DNA of 64,000 bases from Octopus sinensis (taxonomy: Eukaryota), in NCBI RefSeq assembly GCF_006345805.1, contig NC_043001.1, positions 78,430,001-78,494,000 on the forward strand, read 5' to 3'. Shown one piece after another: positions 40,382 to 51,844 of this stretch; the stretch's first letter is position 1, and every line of letters starts with the position of its first letter. Both the position numbers and the translations under genes were made by a program. The notes below the pieces were generated by a model. That model did not search any database, was not told the DNA's origin, and worked only from the letters and a program-made list of their open reading frames with translations.

Positions 40382-41030
40382 ATAAAGCACATATAATCAC
40401 ACATGTGTATTAAACAGACATGGGCGGACATTACGTGAATACAAGTATGTACACACATACTCCTACATATATACACAAGCATTACTTCACTCACATATGC
40501 ACACACTTCTGGAGCTCTCTTAATTTGTTAGAGACCAGCGTGTATTTTGTTAAGAAGCACTGAAAAAATCTCAAGAACATTAAGCATATAAATATATATA
40601 TATATATATGTGCATGTATACACACTCAATAATAATAATTTGAGCACTTTGTTCGTAAATGCCGAAGCGACAATGTGAAAAGGCTTGGCTTTTCATAAAG
40701 ATAAATCAGGTATTTAACGCATACATTACAAATAAAATCTGTAAGCAGAAAAATAAAAATGTGCAAGAACTTGCTCATGTTCACAGTGTGACTATTTTTA
40801 TTCTCTACCTACCAACAATGTCGCTTTTTATCGTTTTTAAAAACCAGTTCCATTTTACAGAAATAATTTAAATAAAACTGAAAGAAACTTAAAAACATAT
40901 ATAGAGGCAAGCATTTACACCATATCCATTCATACGTATATATGCGCATATACACATAGATGTAAATTAGTTTTCGTTTACATAGGAGTGCTACTGTTTT
41001 GGAAAATCGGACAAACAAATTTAAGAAATA

Positions 41031-41420
41031 TGCGCAGGAATGGCTCTATGGCAAGTAGCTTGCTTCCCATGCATGTTTCCGGGTTCAGTCCCACTGTGTG
41101 GTATCTTGGAAAGTGTCTTCTACTTTAGCCTCAGAATGAATAAAGCTTTTGAGTGCATCTGTTAGAGAGAAAACGAAACGTGCCCGTCATATCTATATAT
41201 ACACACATATGTGTGTGCATGTATGTATGTATATATATATCGTTGCATTTCATCGGTTACAACGACGAGGGTTCTAGTTGATCCGATAAACGGAAAAGCC
41301 TGCTCGAAAAGTAACGATAGAATAAGTACTAAGCTTGAAAATAAGTATTGTGGTCGATTTGTTCAACTAAATCCCTCTCAATTTTTTGCCCCAATCAAAT
41401 GACTGAAACAAATAAAAGGA
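41031..41420 (+). mobile_element. SINE family A-related copy with variant body
   Basis: GCGCAGGAATGGC...GGGTTCAGTCCCACTG...GAATAAGTACT...AAATGACTGAAACAAATAAAAG. Confidence 0.75.
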
Positions 41421-41654
41421 TAACATAATTAAGAATGAACACTGACACAAATACCCCGCATACATACACATGCATATATATACACACATGCATGTATATA
41501 CACATACATACATACATTTATATACACATACATAGATTTATACATACATATACACACATATATATGCACGCGTATCTTCTAGGGATCTTGGCATATTTCT
41601 AAGGAAGAAGTGTTTGTCAAACACTTTGCTATTTAATGGATATACATATATATG

Positions 41655-42027
41655 TAGCTGGTAAGTTGCTTGCTTACGAACCACATGGTTCCTGGTTCGG
41701 TCCCACTGCGTGATACCTTAGGCGACTGTCTTCTACTATAGCCTCGGGCCGGCCAAAGCCTTTTGAGTGGACTTGGCAGTCGGAAACTGAAGAAGCCCAT
41801 CGTATATATGTATGTGTGTATATATGCTTATGTGTCTGTGTTTGTTCCCCAACATCGCTTGACAACCGATGCTGGTGTGTTTACGTCCCCGTAACTTAGC
41901 GATTCGGGATGAGAGACCGATACAATAAGTACAAAGAATAAGTCCTTGGGTTGATTTGCTCGACTAGAGGCGATGCTCAGCATGACCACAGTCAAATGAC
42001 TATAACAAGTAAAATAGTAAAAGAGTA
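41655..42027 (+). mobile_element. SINE family A
   Basis: TGGTAAGTTGCTTGCTTACGAACCACATGGTTCC...CAGTCAAATGACTATAACAAGTAAAATAGTAAAAGAG. Confidence 0.85.
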
Positions 42028-42053
42028 ATATATATATATATATAATATATATA

Positions 42054-42084
<31 letters not shown>

Positions 42085-42086
<2 letters not shown>

Positions 42087-42345
42087 GTGGTTAGGGCAGC
42101 GGATCGCGGTCGTAGGATCGCGGTTTCGATTCCCAGCCCGGGCGTTGTGAGTGTTTATTGAGCGAAAACACCTAAAATCTCCACGAGTCTCCAGCAGGGG
42201 GTGGTGATCCCTGCTGTACTCTTTCACCACTCTTTCTTTCACTCTTTCTTCTGTAGGCCTGCTCGCTTAGCCAGCGGGGTGGCGTCATTCAAAGGCTAAA
42301 ACAACTACGCCTGATGGACTGGTCGGTCACGTGATCACGTGATAT
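42085..42345 (+). mobile_element. tRNA-derived SINE, working family C
   Basis: AGTGGTTAGGGCAGCGGA...GGTTTCGATTCCC (B-box)...GGCCTGCTCGCTTAGCCAGCGGGG...CACGTGATCACGTGA. Confidence 0.85.
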
Positions 42346-42807
42346 ACATTGTAATTTCGGACCATAAATTAAAGTATATGATCTGCTCTCAAAATACAAG
42401 ACCCACCTGACATAGGGTAAATGAAATAGAAGGCGGAAGAGGAAATCCAGGACATATAGGATGTCGCTTGAGCACGATGGCGTTTGAATTCTCGTAGCCT
42501 AACTATAAAAATTTAGAGTCTGCAGTTGTCTTGTCGTAATAAATATTTGGATGACCTTCTTAAACGGCGAACGTTTGATCAAAGAAAGACAAATTGACGT
42601 AAAACCTATGTGAATATTAAAAGGTTAATTCTTTTCGTAACATACGCCTTACTGAAAGAGTGACTGATCAAAATAAACTTTAAAAAGCGAGTCAGGAATA
42701 GATAGGATTGCATGCTTGCAAATAGTCATCCATCCATCCATCCATCCATCCATCCATCCATACATACATACATAAATACATACCTACAAATATAATTCAT
42801 AAATATA

Positions 42808-44097
42808 CGAGGGACGTTCAATAAGTAATGCCTCTGACACACTTGCAGTTGTTTGATCTAGCTGAAAGTTTGCATGTGCAATCATTAATATCTCTACAGA
42901 GTAAGTGGCAAATTACAGCTCTGAATTAATTGTGGTTTCTGATTTACAGGTGTTTGAACCGAGTCAAGTGTGAAATGGAGCCTGTTGAGTGTCGAGCAGT
43001 GATCCGGTTTTTGTATTTGAAAGGACGCACACCACGGGAAACTTTTCATGAAATGAAAGTAACTTATGGTGATGATGCCCCATCATATGACCTTGTAAAA
43101 CGCTGGCATCGTGAATTCAAACATGGTCGGAACTCTGTGGAAACAGCTCCCAGATCTGGTTGCTCCTTCTGCCATTGATGAGGCATCTGTCCGTCAAGTT
43201 GAGGCTGCCATTTTGGAAAATTGACGCATAATTATTCGCCAAATAGCCCATGAGGTCAAGATTAGTACCGGGTCTGTGGAAACTATCATTCATGACCATT
43301 TGCATATGCAAAAGGTGTCTGCCAGATGGATTCCCAGGTTGCTCACGCCTTTCCAGAAGCAAGAACGCGTCGAGTGCTCGAGGGTGAATTTGGAGATGTG
43401 CCAAGAAGATGAGTCAAAATTTTTCAAAAGACTGATTACACAGGATGAAACCTGGGTCCATCACAATGATCCAGAGACCAAAGCCCAGTCAATGCAGTGG
43501 AAGCACCGTGACTCACCTCCTCCAAAGAAGGCAAGGGTGCAGCCCTCCGCTGGCAAGGTCATGCTCACTGTCTTCTGGGACCAGGATGGAGTAGTGATGA
43601 CAGATTTCTTGGCAAAGGGTACCACAATTGCAGGAGCCTATTATGCTTCACTTTTGAGGAAATTAAGAGAAGTTATCAAAACCAAGAGGCGGGGCAAGAT
43701 CAGCAAATGCATCCTCCGCCTGCAGGACAACGATCCGGTCCACAACTCGCTTGTCGCCAGATCAGAAGCACAGGCATATGGCTATGAACTCCTCCCCCAT
43801 CCCCCTACTTTCCTGACCTTGCACCCTCTGATTTTCACCTCTTCCCAGCCATGAAGTTGTTTTTGAAAGGAAAGCGTTTCCCAGATGATGCAGCCTTGAT
43901 TTCTGAAGTCACGTTCAGGTTGGAGGACCAAGCTTGGGTCTTCTACAAAAACGGTCTCCAGAGCTGCATCAAACAATGGGAGAAATGCGTAACTCTGGAT
44001 GGTTCCTATGTAAAAAAAGACTAATAACTGTGCCAAGTTTCGTTGCTCTACTGCTGTGGGACGTGGGTCAGGGGCATTACTTATTGAACGCCCCTCG
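42808..44097 (+). mobile_element. Full-length mariner copy 3, disrupted
   Basis: TIRs with TA flanks at 42806-07 and 44098-99. ORF pieces 42930-43178 and 43276-43854 contain frameshifts and a stop. Confidence 0.97.
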
Positions 44098-44454
44098 TAT
44101 GCATTTATACATACGTATGTACATCTATGGCTATCGATATCAGTTTGAACGCTAATATCAATGTGTGCTTGTACACTTACAGAAACACACACGCACACAC
44201 ACGTGCACAAATACGCACAAACACACTCAAACACATACACTATACACTCATATGTAGCGCCAGAAAGTTTGCTTTAATATACATGGCGTATTTTATAAAT
44301 ATGCCTGTTCAACCATCACAATAGCATGAAACTATATAATTCTTTAATTTGTTTCATTTTTAAATCTGTAGCCATGCAGGAGCATCACATATACATACAT
44401 GCATATATACATACATACATACATACACACACATATACACACACGCATATATAT

Positions 44455-44850
44455 ATATAAAGGGAAAGTTTACGAAAATAGACAAAAGACAAAGGCAGGT
44501 GGAGTACAAACAAACAAATGTATTAGTATAGCGCTCAGGAATAGAAATAGAAAAGGTCTTTTACGTTTCGAGCCTACGCTCTTCGTCAGAAAGATACACA
44601 GAAAAAAAAAAACAAGGAGAAAACAAAATGCGTGTAGGAGCTAACAATCTATCATGGCGTCCTGACTTCGGACAGTGGTCAGACGCGAGAGGGACAACAG
44701 GGGAGATAACAGGGTCAAGTGACTTCCAATACGAAGGTGCCTCAAACACAAAGGTGCGTCTGTGTATAAGAGAGTATGTATGTGCATGTGAAAGAGGGCT
44801 GGTGGTCTGGATGTTTGGTGTGTGTGTATGTATGTGTGGGTGTAGACTTA
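44455..44850 (-). mobile_element. Penelope-like non-autonomous fragment
   Basis: Reverse-complement homolog of 27540-27890, including the CATCCAGACC motif and the hammerhead. Confidence 0.7.
44557..44594 (-). ncRNA. Minimal type-I hammerhead ribozyme, intact core
   Basis: UCUUU-CUGACGA-A-GAGC[GUAG]GCUC-GAAAC-GUA-AAAGA. All core nucleotides are present; 5-bp stem I, palindromic ACGU stem III. Confidence 0.75.
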
Positions 44851-45149
44851 CTACGTATATTTACAGTTGGTCAGTGCGACGGGAATATATATTACGTAGA
44901 GAAGCACAAACTCACGCGTGAGATAAAAACAGACATAAACTACACATTCACACAAATATACTCAACGACAATCTATTCATACGTTACAAGAAAAGTCCAT
45001 GGATAGACAAATCTGGATCACAACAGACCATACAGGTGAGAAAGACGGTAACACACATAGCAAGAAATGCGTCTGCACTTGTATGTATATGTGCAAACAT
45101 CCATACGTGCTCACATGCATACTTACAAATATACATACATACATACATA

Positions 45150-45204
<55 letters not shown>

Positions 45205-45254
45205 GAAATATTAAAATTACTAAGTCTCTCTAAAAGAGAACAGCGGCAGCGTTC

Positions 45255-45485
45255 CCGGAAGATAATAGTTATCGCCATACTAATATGGCATTCTTATAAA
45301 AATAAGAAAAAAGCTGTCCGCTTATTAGCTCCATGAGGCCATCGCCTTAAGTTAGCTATTTGATACACAAACTGTATCCATATAACCTTCGAACAAGGGA
45401 GGTCAGTCGCTCCACACTACTTGACCGGCAGCTACAGACGCGTTTCGGGGTATTGCCCCTTTTCAATGCAGCGTAGCCAGCCAGT
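45255..45485 (-). mobile_element. Penelope-like terminal fragment of a second family
   Basis: Contains the hammerhead at 45431-45472. Sequence is unrelated to the 44455 family apart from the motif. Confidence 0.5.
45431..45472 (-). ncRNA. Minimal type-I hammerhead with U3-A8 core variant
   Basis: GCUGCA-UUGAAAA-GGGG[CAAUA]CCCC-GAAAC-GC-GUC-UGUAGC: 6-bp stem I, 4-bp GC stem II, palindromic ACGCGU stem III. Confidence 0.68.
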
Positions 45486-45489
45486 AGGT

Positions 45490-45600
45490 GTATATTTTTG
45501 TGTATCTGTGTTTGTCCTTCCAACATCGCTTGACAACCGATGCTGGTGTGCTTACGTCCCCGTCACCTAGCGGTTCGGCAACGGAGTCGATAGATTAAGC
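45490..45600 (+). mobile_element. SINE family A 3' fragment
   Basis: CATCGCTTGACAACCGATGCTGGTGTG...CTTAGCGGTTCGGCAA-like module. Confidence 0.75.
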
Positions 45601-45712
45601 ACTATACATACAAAAGAATAAAAGAAAGTATATATACATATATATATACACACACACACATATATATGCACGCAGACACACAGGCATACAAACACACACA
45701 CACACACACACA

Positions 45713-45746
<34 letters not shown>

Positions 45747-46237
45747 GTACGTATTTATGTATGTGTACATACATGCATACATGAATAGTAAACATTTTTA
45801 GCCAGACACATAAACTATAACATAAGTAAATGCTCAAAAAACACACACGTGCATACACTCTCTTTCTCTCCCTCTCGCTCTCTCTCTCTCTGTCACTCAC
45901 TCTCTCTCTGTCACTCGCTCTCTTTCACGCATGCACTTAACACACAGACATACCTTTACGTGTGAATGTGCACGTGTTTACGTGTACACAAGTGTAGGCG
46001 TGCATTGTGCGTGTAGTTGTATACGCGTGTATAAATATATATTTGTGTCTAGACATATGAATATATATATATATTATATATATATATATATATATAATAC
46101 ATATGTATGTATGTATAAATGAATGTATGTATGTATGTATCTATCTATATCTATCTATATAATATATATATATAATATATATATAAACATATATATACAT
46201 ACACACACTCATACACACACAGACATATATATATATA

Positions 46238-46280
<43 letters not shown>

Positions 46281-46634
46281 ATACATACATATATATATAG
46301 TAGATATATATACAGATATGCATTCTATAAATGATAAATATATATATATATTATATATATATATATCCATGCATATAATATATAATATTATATATATATA
46401 GATATATATCCATGCATATATATATATATATATAATATATATATATAATATGTGTGTGTGTATATGTAGAAAATATACATATATATATATATATATATGG
46501 ACGCACATAGCTATATGTGTACATATATATGTATATGTATATATACACACAGGTGCGCACAGACTGACACAGACACACACGCATACAAACACCTGTTAGC
46601 ACAATACAAGCCACAAACTACCTTCTCGCTTGCA

Positions 46635-46676
<42 letters not shown>

Positions 46677-47182
46677 ACACACACACACATATATATATAT
46701 GTACGTATTTATGTATGTGTACATACATGCATACATGAATAGTAAACATTTTTAGCCAGACACATAAACTATAACATAAGTAAATGCTCAAAAAACACAC
46801 ACGTGCATACACTCTCTTTCTCTCCCTCTCGCTCTCTCTCTCTGTCACTCACTCTCTCTCTGTCACTCGCTCTCTTTCACGCACGCACTTAACACACAGA
46901 CATACCTTTACGTGTGAATGTGCACGTGTTTACGTGTACACAAGTGTAGGCGTGCATTGTGCGTGTAGTTGTATACGCGTGTATAAATATATATTTGTGT
47001 CTAGACATATGAATATATATATATATATATATATATATAATACATATGTATGTATGTATAAATGAATGTATGTATGTATGTATCTATCTATATATATCTA
47101 TATATTATATATATATATAATATATATATAAACATATATATACATACACACACTCATACACACACAGACATATATATATATA

Positions 47183-47221
<39 letters not shown>

Positions 47222-47276
47222 CCATACATACATATATATATAGTAGATATATATACAGATATGCATTCTATAAATG

Positions 47277-47311
<35 letters not shown>

Positions 47312-47312
47312 A

Positions 47313-47353
<41 letters not shown>

Positions 47354-47573
47354 ATGCATATATATATATTATATTATATATATATATATGTGTGTGTGTA
47401 TATGTAGAAAATATACATATATATATATATATATATGGACGCACATAGCTATATGTGTACATATATATGTATATGTATATATACACACAGGTGCGCACAG
47501 ACTGACACAGACACACACGCATACAAACACCTGTTAGCACACATACAAGCCACAAACTACCTTCTCGCTTGCA

Positions 47574-47579
<6 letters not shown>
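45747..47579 (+). repeat. Two-copy ~0.95-kb tandem duplication
   Basis: 45747-46640 is almost identical to 46701-47579 except in microsatellite lengths. Both ends lie in (CA)n tracts. Confidence 0.92.
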
Positions 47580-47645
<66 letters not shown>

Positions 47646-47741
47646 TTTCAAAACCAGCACAAAACCCAAACACTCGGCACGTCGTCTCCACGTCTACATT
47701 AAAGAAAAAAAAAAGACAAGCAATTTCCACACACACACGTA

Positions 47742-47779
<38 letters not shown>

Positions 47780-47989
47780 AACAATCACACATATATATAT
47801 ATATGTATACATCTATATACATTGACACAGACGTGACACGCAAAGCACACCACGTACTAAAACATCGTGCAACATCAACAACGACAGACTTCTCACGCCG
47901 CTCACAAACAGTTAAAAGTGCAATATAGCTATTCCTAAAAAGCTTTTCAATGTTGCAGATATATTTATGTATTTTCTAAGAATTACTTT

Positions 47990-48047
47990 TTTTCGTTTTT
48001 TTTCTTCTTCTTACTTTTATATTTTGATTTTCGAATTATTATTATTA

Positions 48048-48083
<36 letters not shown>

Positions 48084-48575
48084 TATTATTATATTATTAT
48101 TATTATTATATTATTATTATTATATATTATTATTATTTTATTATTATTATTATTTATTATTATTGTTGTTGTTGTTGTTGTTATTATTATTATTATTATA
48201 TTTATGGTTGTTTTTATTCTTATTGTTACTATTATTATTGTTGCTGTTATTGTCATTGTTTTGTATCCTCATTATTTTTGTTGTTATGGATATTATTGTT
48301 GTTGCGACAATATTATCGTCATCGCCGTTTTCATCATCATCATCATCATCGTCATCATCATCATCATAATCACCACAATGATCATAATTATAATTATTAT
48401 TATTATATTTTTCTTGTTCTCGTTCTTGTTCTGTTCTTGTTCTTGTTCTTGTTCTTGTGATTATTATTATTGTTATTATTATTATTATTATTATTACTAT
48501 TACTATTATTATTATTATTATTATTATTACTATTACTATTATTATTATTATCATTATTATTATTATTACTATTAC

Positions 48576-48617
<42 letters not shown>

Positions 48618-48890
48618 CATGTTACTACAGATTTTATCATTGTTATTATTAATATTCTTCTTGTTCTTGTTATTGTTGTTGTTCTTAGTATTGTTTTCAT
48701 ATTCACTTTTTGAAATTTTTTATCTTTGTTATCTATTTTTCCTTTTGTATTTAAATTTCATTTCGTTTTACTTCTTATAGTAGGAATGTTGTTAAACTTG
48801 TTGTTGTTGTTGCTGCTGTTTCTGCAGCTGTTGTCGTTGTTGTTATTTTCACTGATTATATAGCTATTATATTTTATTATATATTATTTA
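47990..48890. repeat. Compound trinucleotide low-complexity tract (TAT/TTG/CAT)
   Basis: Runs of TATTAT, GTTGTT, CATCAT and TTCTTG. Confidence 0.9.
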
Positions 48891-49143
48891 AATCACATAA
48901 TGTCTAAATATGTGCACATGAGAATGTGTATATTAAAGATGTATTTTCCGTATGCCTATGTGCATGTACGTGTGCGTATGTTCCTGCGCATGTGAATGCT
49001 TATGTCTCCTGGGTGTGTGGGTTTGTTCTGATATATATATATTTATGTATATATATGTATGTACGTATGTATATATATATATATACATACATATATATAT
49101 GTATACATACATATATATATATGTATACATACATATATATATG

Positions 49144-49198
<55 letters not shown>

Positions 49199-49504
49199 AT
49201 GTCGGTGCACGCATAAACGCACGATCACCCTCCCACACCCACTGATGAATGAAATTCCTGTGCAGAAACGTTCTCGGGCGCGCGCGCACACAGACACATA
49301 CAAGCATGCACACACACACATATACATATATTTAAATAGATATATTTATACGTATATTTATAGATATATACTTATATTCATGTATTTATATACCTGTATG
49401 CATGTAACATATATATATATATATATACATACATAAATATTTAAGTATTTAAGCGTATGCATACACATACGTACATATATGTTATATATATATATATATG
49501 TGTG

Positions 49505-49554
<50 letters not shown>

Positions 49555-49949
49555 CATGCATATATATATATATGTGAGTGGAAGCATATGTGTATGTACA
49601 TCCTTGTCCATGAACGTGTGTGTTTATGCTATTGTGTGTGCGTACGTGTGTGTGTGTGTATTTTTGTGTATGTGTAGCCTATGCCTACGTATACTTATGG
49701 ATGCGTACGTCTAACTAGAGGTATGCGTAATGGTGTATGTAGGATGCAGGTTGTTGGATGAGGGAGGATAGAAATGATGCGGAAGAGAGTGATGGCGGTG
49801 GTGGGTTTATAGAATGGGACTCAAAATTAACTTATGAACACAGTAAAAGCATTAAAAGCTGTTGATAATGGTTGGGGAGATATTGAGAACGGTGTAGTTA
49901 AGTGGCGTGTTGGAGTGGGACATTATTCTATCTCAGTGGGTAATGGTTG

Positions 49950-50670
49950 TTTATAGCTTGAAGTAACGTTGGTGGTGTTGTGGTGGTGTTTAAGGTAAAT
50001 TAATATGGTGGCGTTCTGGTGATGCTACTGTATGGGTTGTGGTATTGGTGGTTGTGGTTTGGTGGTGATGGTGGTTGCGGCGGAAGTGGTGATGGTGATG
50101 TTAGTGGTTGCAGCGGGCTGGTAGTAGTGGTTGCCGTAGTAATGGTGATGGTAGTGATGGAGGTTGCGGTGGTAGTGTCAGTGGTTATTGTGATGGTGGT
50201 GGTAGTAGTAGTGATGGTGATGGTCGTGATAGTGGTGATACTGGTGGTGGTAGTAATGGTTGTCTTGGTGATGGTGAAGCTGGTAGTGACGATGGTGGTG
50301 ATGGTAGTTGCGATTGTAGTGATGATGGTGATGGTAGTAGTGACTGTATAGGTGATGATGGTAGTAGTGATGGTGGTTGTGATGGTGGTAATGAAGTTGG
50401 TGGTAATGGCGGTGGTGTTGGTGACGGTGGTGGTAATGGTTGGTGATGGTGGTGGTGGTAATGATGGAGGTGTAAGTGGTGGTGTGAATTTTGGCGATGA
50501 CGGTAGTAGTCACGTTGGTGGTGCTCATAGTGGTGTTGGTAATAGTAGTGATAGTGGTGGTGGCGGTGATGAGGTAGTGTCAGTGAGAATTGTGAGAACG
50601 TGTAAAGATGGTGATGATGGGTGCGGTGACAGTGTGGGCGGAGACAGTGGGCGCGGCGACGGAGGTATTT

Positions 50671-50706
<36 letters not shown>

Positions 50707-51190
50707 GTGGTGGTGGTGTCACTTGTGGTGAGTACGAGCGAGAGACGTGTACCGAATCTGTAATACTGGTGGTGTTGGTGGTGGTTGTATTGTTGTTATT
50801 GTTAGTGTTTTGATGTTTTTTTTTGTTGTTGTTAGTGGTGGTGGTGGCAGTGGTAGTGGTGGTGGCGGTGGTGACCAAGGGCGTGATCTTCACTGTCGAT
50901 GCGTCGATGTCGGTGTCAGCAATGACAGTGTTGTTTCTCATTTTAATGATAGTGGGTAGGGTGAAGATGACAAAGAAATAATGGTCCAAGTTGGATGTGG
51001 AGGTAATGGTGGTGGTTCAGATGGCAACACTGGGGGTGAGTAATAATGTTTACCTATTATGATAGTTGTTGTGTTGTTTGTATACTTGTTGATTCTAGTG
51101 AAGACTCTTGTCTATTGCATTCATAATGCAGATGTTGTTGTTGAAGTTGTTCTTTTCATCATCATCGCCGTCGTCGTCGTTGTTCTTTAA
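49950..51190. repeat. Degenerate (GGT/GAT/GTT)n low-complexity tract
   Basis: A TGG/TGA/TAG triplet mosaic producing V-, G/D- and T/H-rich pseudo-ORFs in all frames. Confidence 0.85.
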
Positions 51191-51844
51191 ACACAGGTCA
51201 ATACTTATGCTGGAGATCTTTGATCAAAGATATTTTTTTTGCTATTTGCAACACTCCTATATTTATTCACTTCAGATATAGTTTATGTATAAACCTACTT
51301 TAGGAAGATTGCACAGTGATATTTCAGTGAGATGTTACTGCTATTTCAAGCATGATATGTGTGATCGTGTCTCCACATGAGCTCAACAGTGCTGTATTGT
51401 TCTGGTTCGTGCTTTTCTTAGGCCTTGGCCTGATTGATCAGACTTATTTCGAAAGCTATTCCAGTCGTGACAATCCCTTCCTTTCTTCAGCAATAATATT
51501 GTTTGGTGTATATTACCGTAGGATATATGGTTTTAGGAAGAAGTTTCAGCTATTTCTAATATTTTCATCTAAGGTCTAACCCATTGGTTTGCTTTTTGAT
51601 TTGTGCATGGTACTATTATTTACTCAAGTCAAGTTTGATTGTGAAGACATGTAGCAGAAGGCACGCCAGTCATGACGATCTCCTTTTCGGCTTAACTAGG
51701 TTTATTTTACGGAATGACTGAAGCGTGGAAAGCATATATTAAGTCACTGAAAAACACACTGTTAACTACACGAAAAACATTTATTTGGTTTAAAACGTTT
51801 GGTAATAAACGTTTTTGTCTTCCACATAGTATTCATTTTATTTC

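Noticed and set aside
44562-45436. Two same-strand hammerheads that could excise an ~875-nt retrozyme-like monomer
   Set aside because: The stems and flanks are unrelated, and the stem III palindromes (ACGU vs ACGCGU) are incompatible. There are no terminal direct repeats, so these are more likely independent insertions.
50525-50989. Thr/Pro-rich mucin-like ORF
   Set aside because: It lies within a triplet low-complexity tract that is open in several frames on both strands, and no splice or domain support exists.
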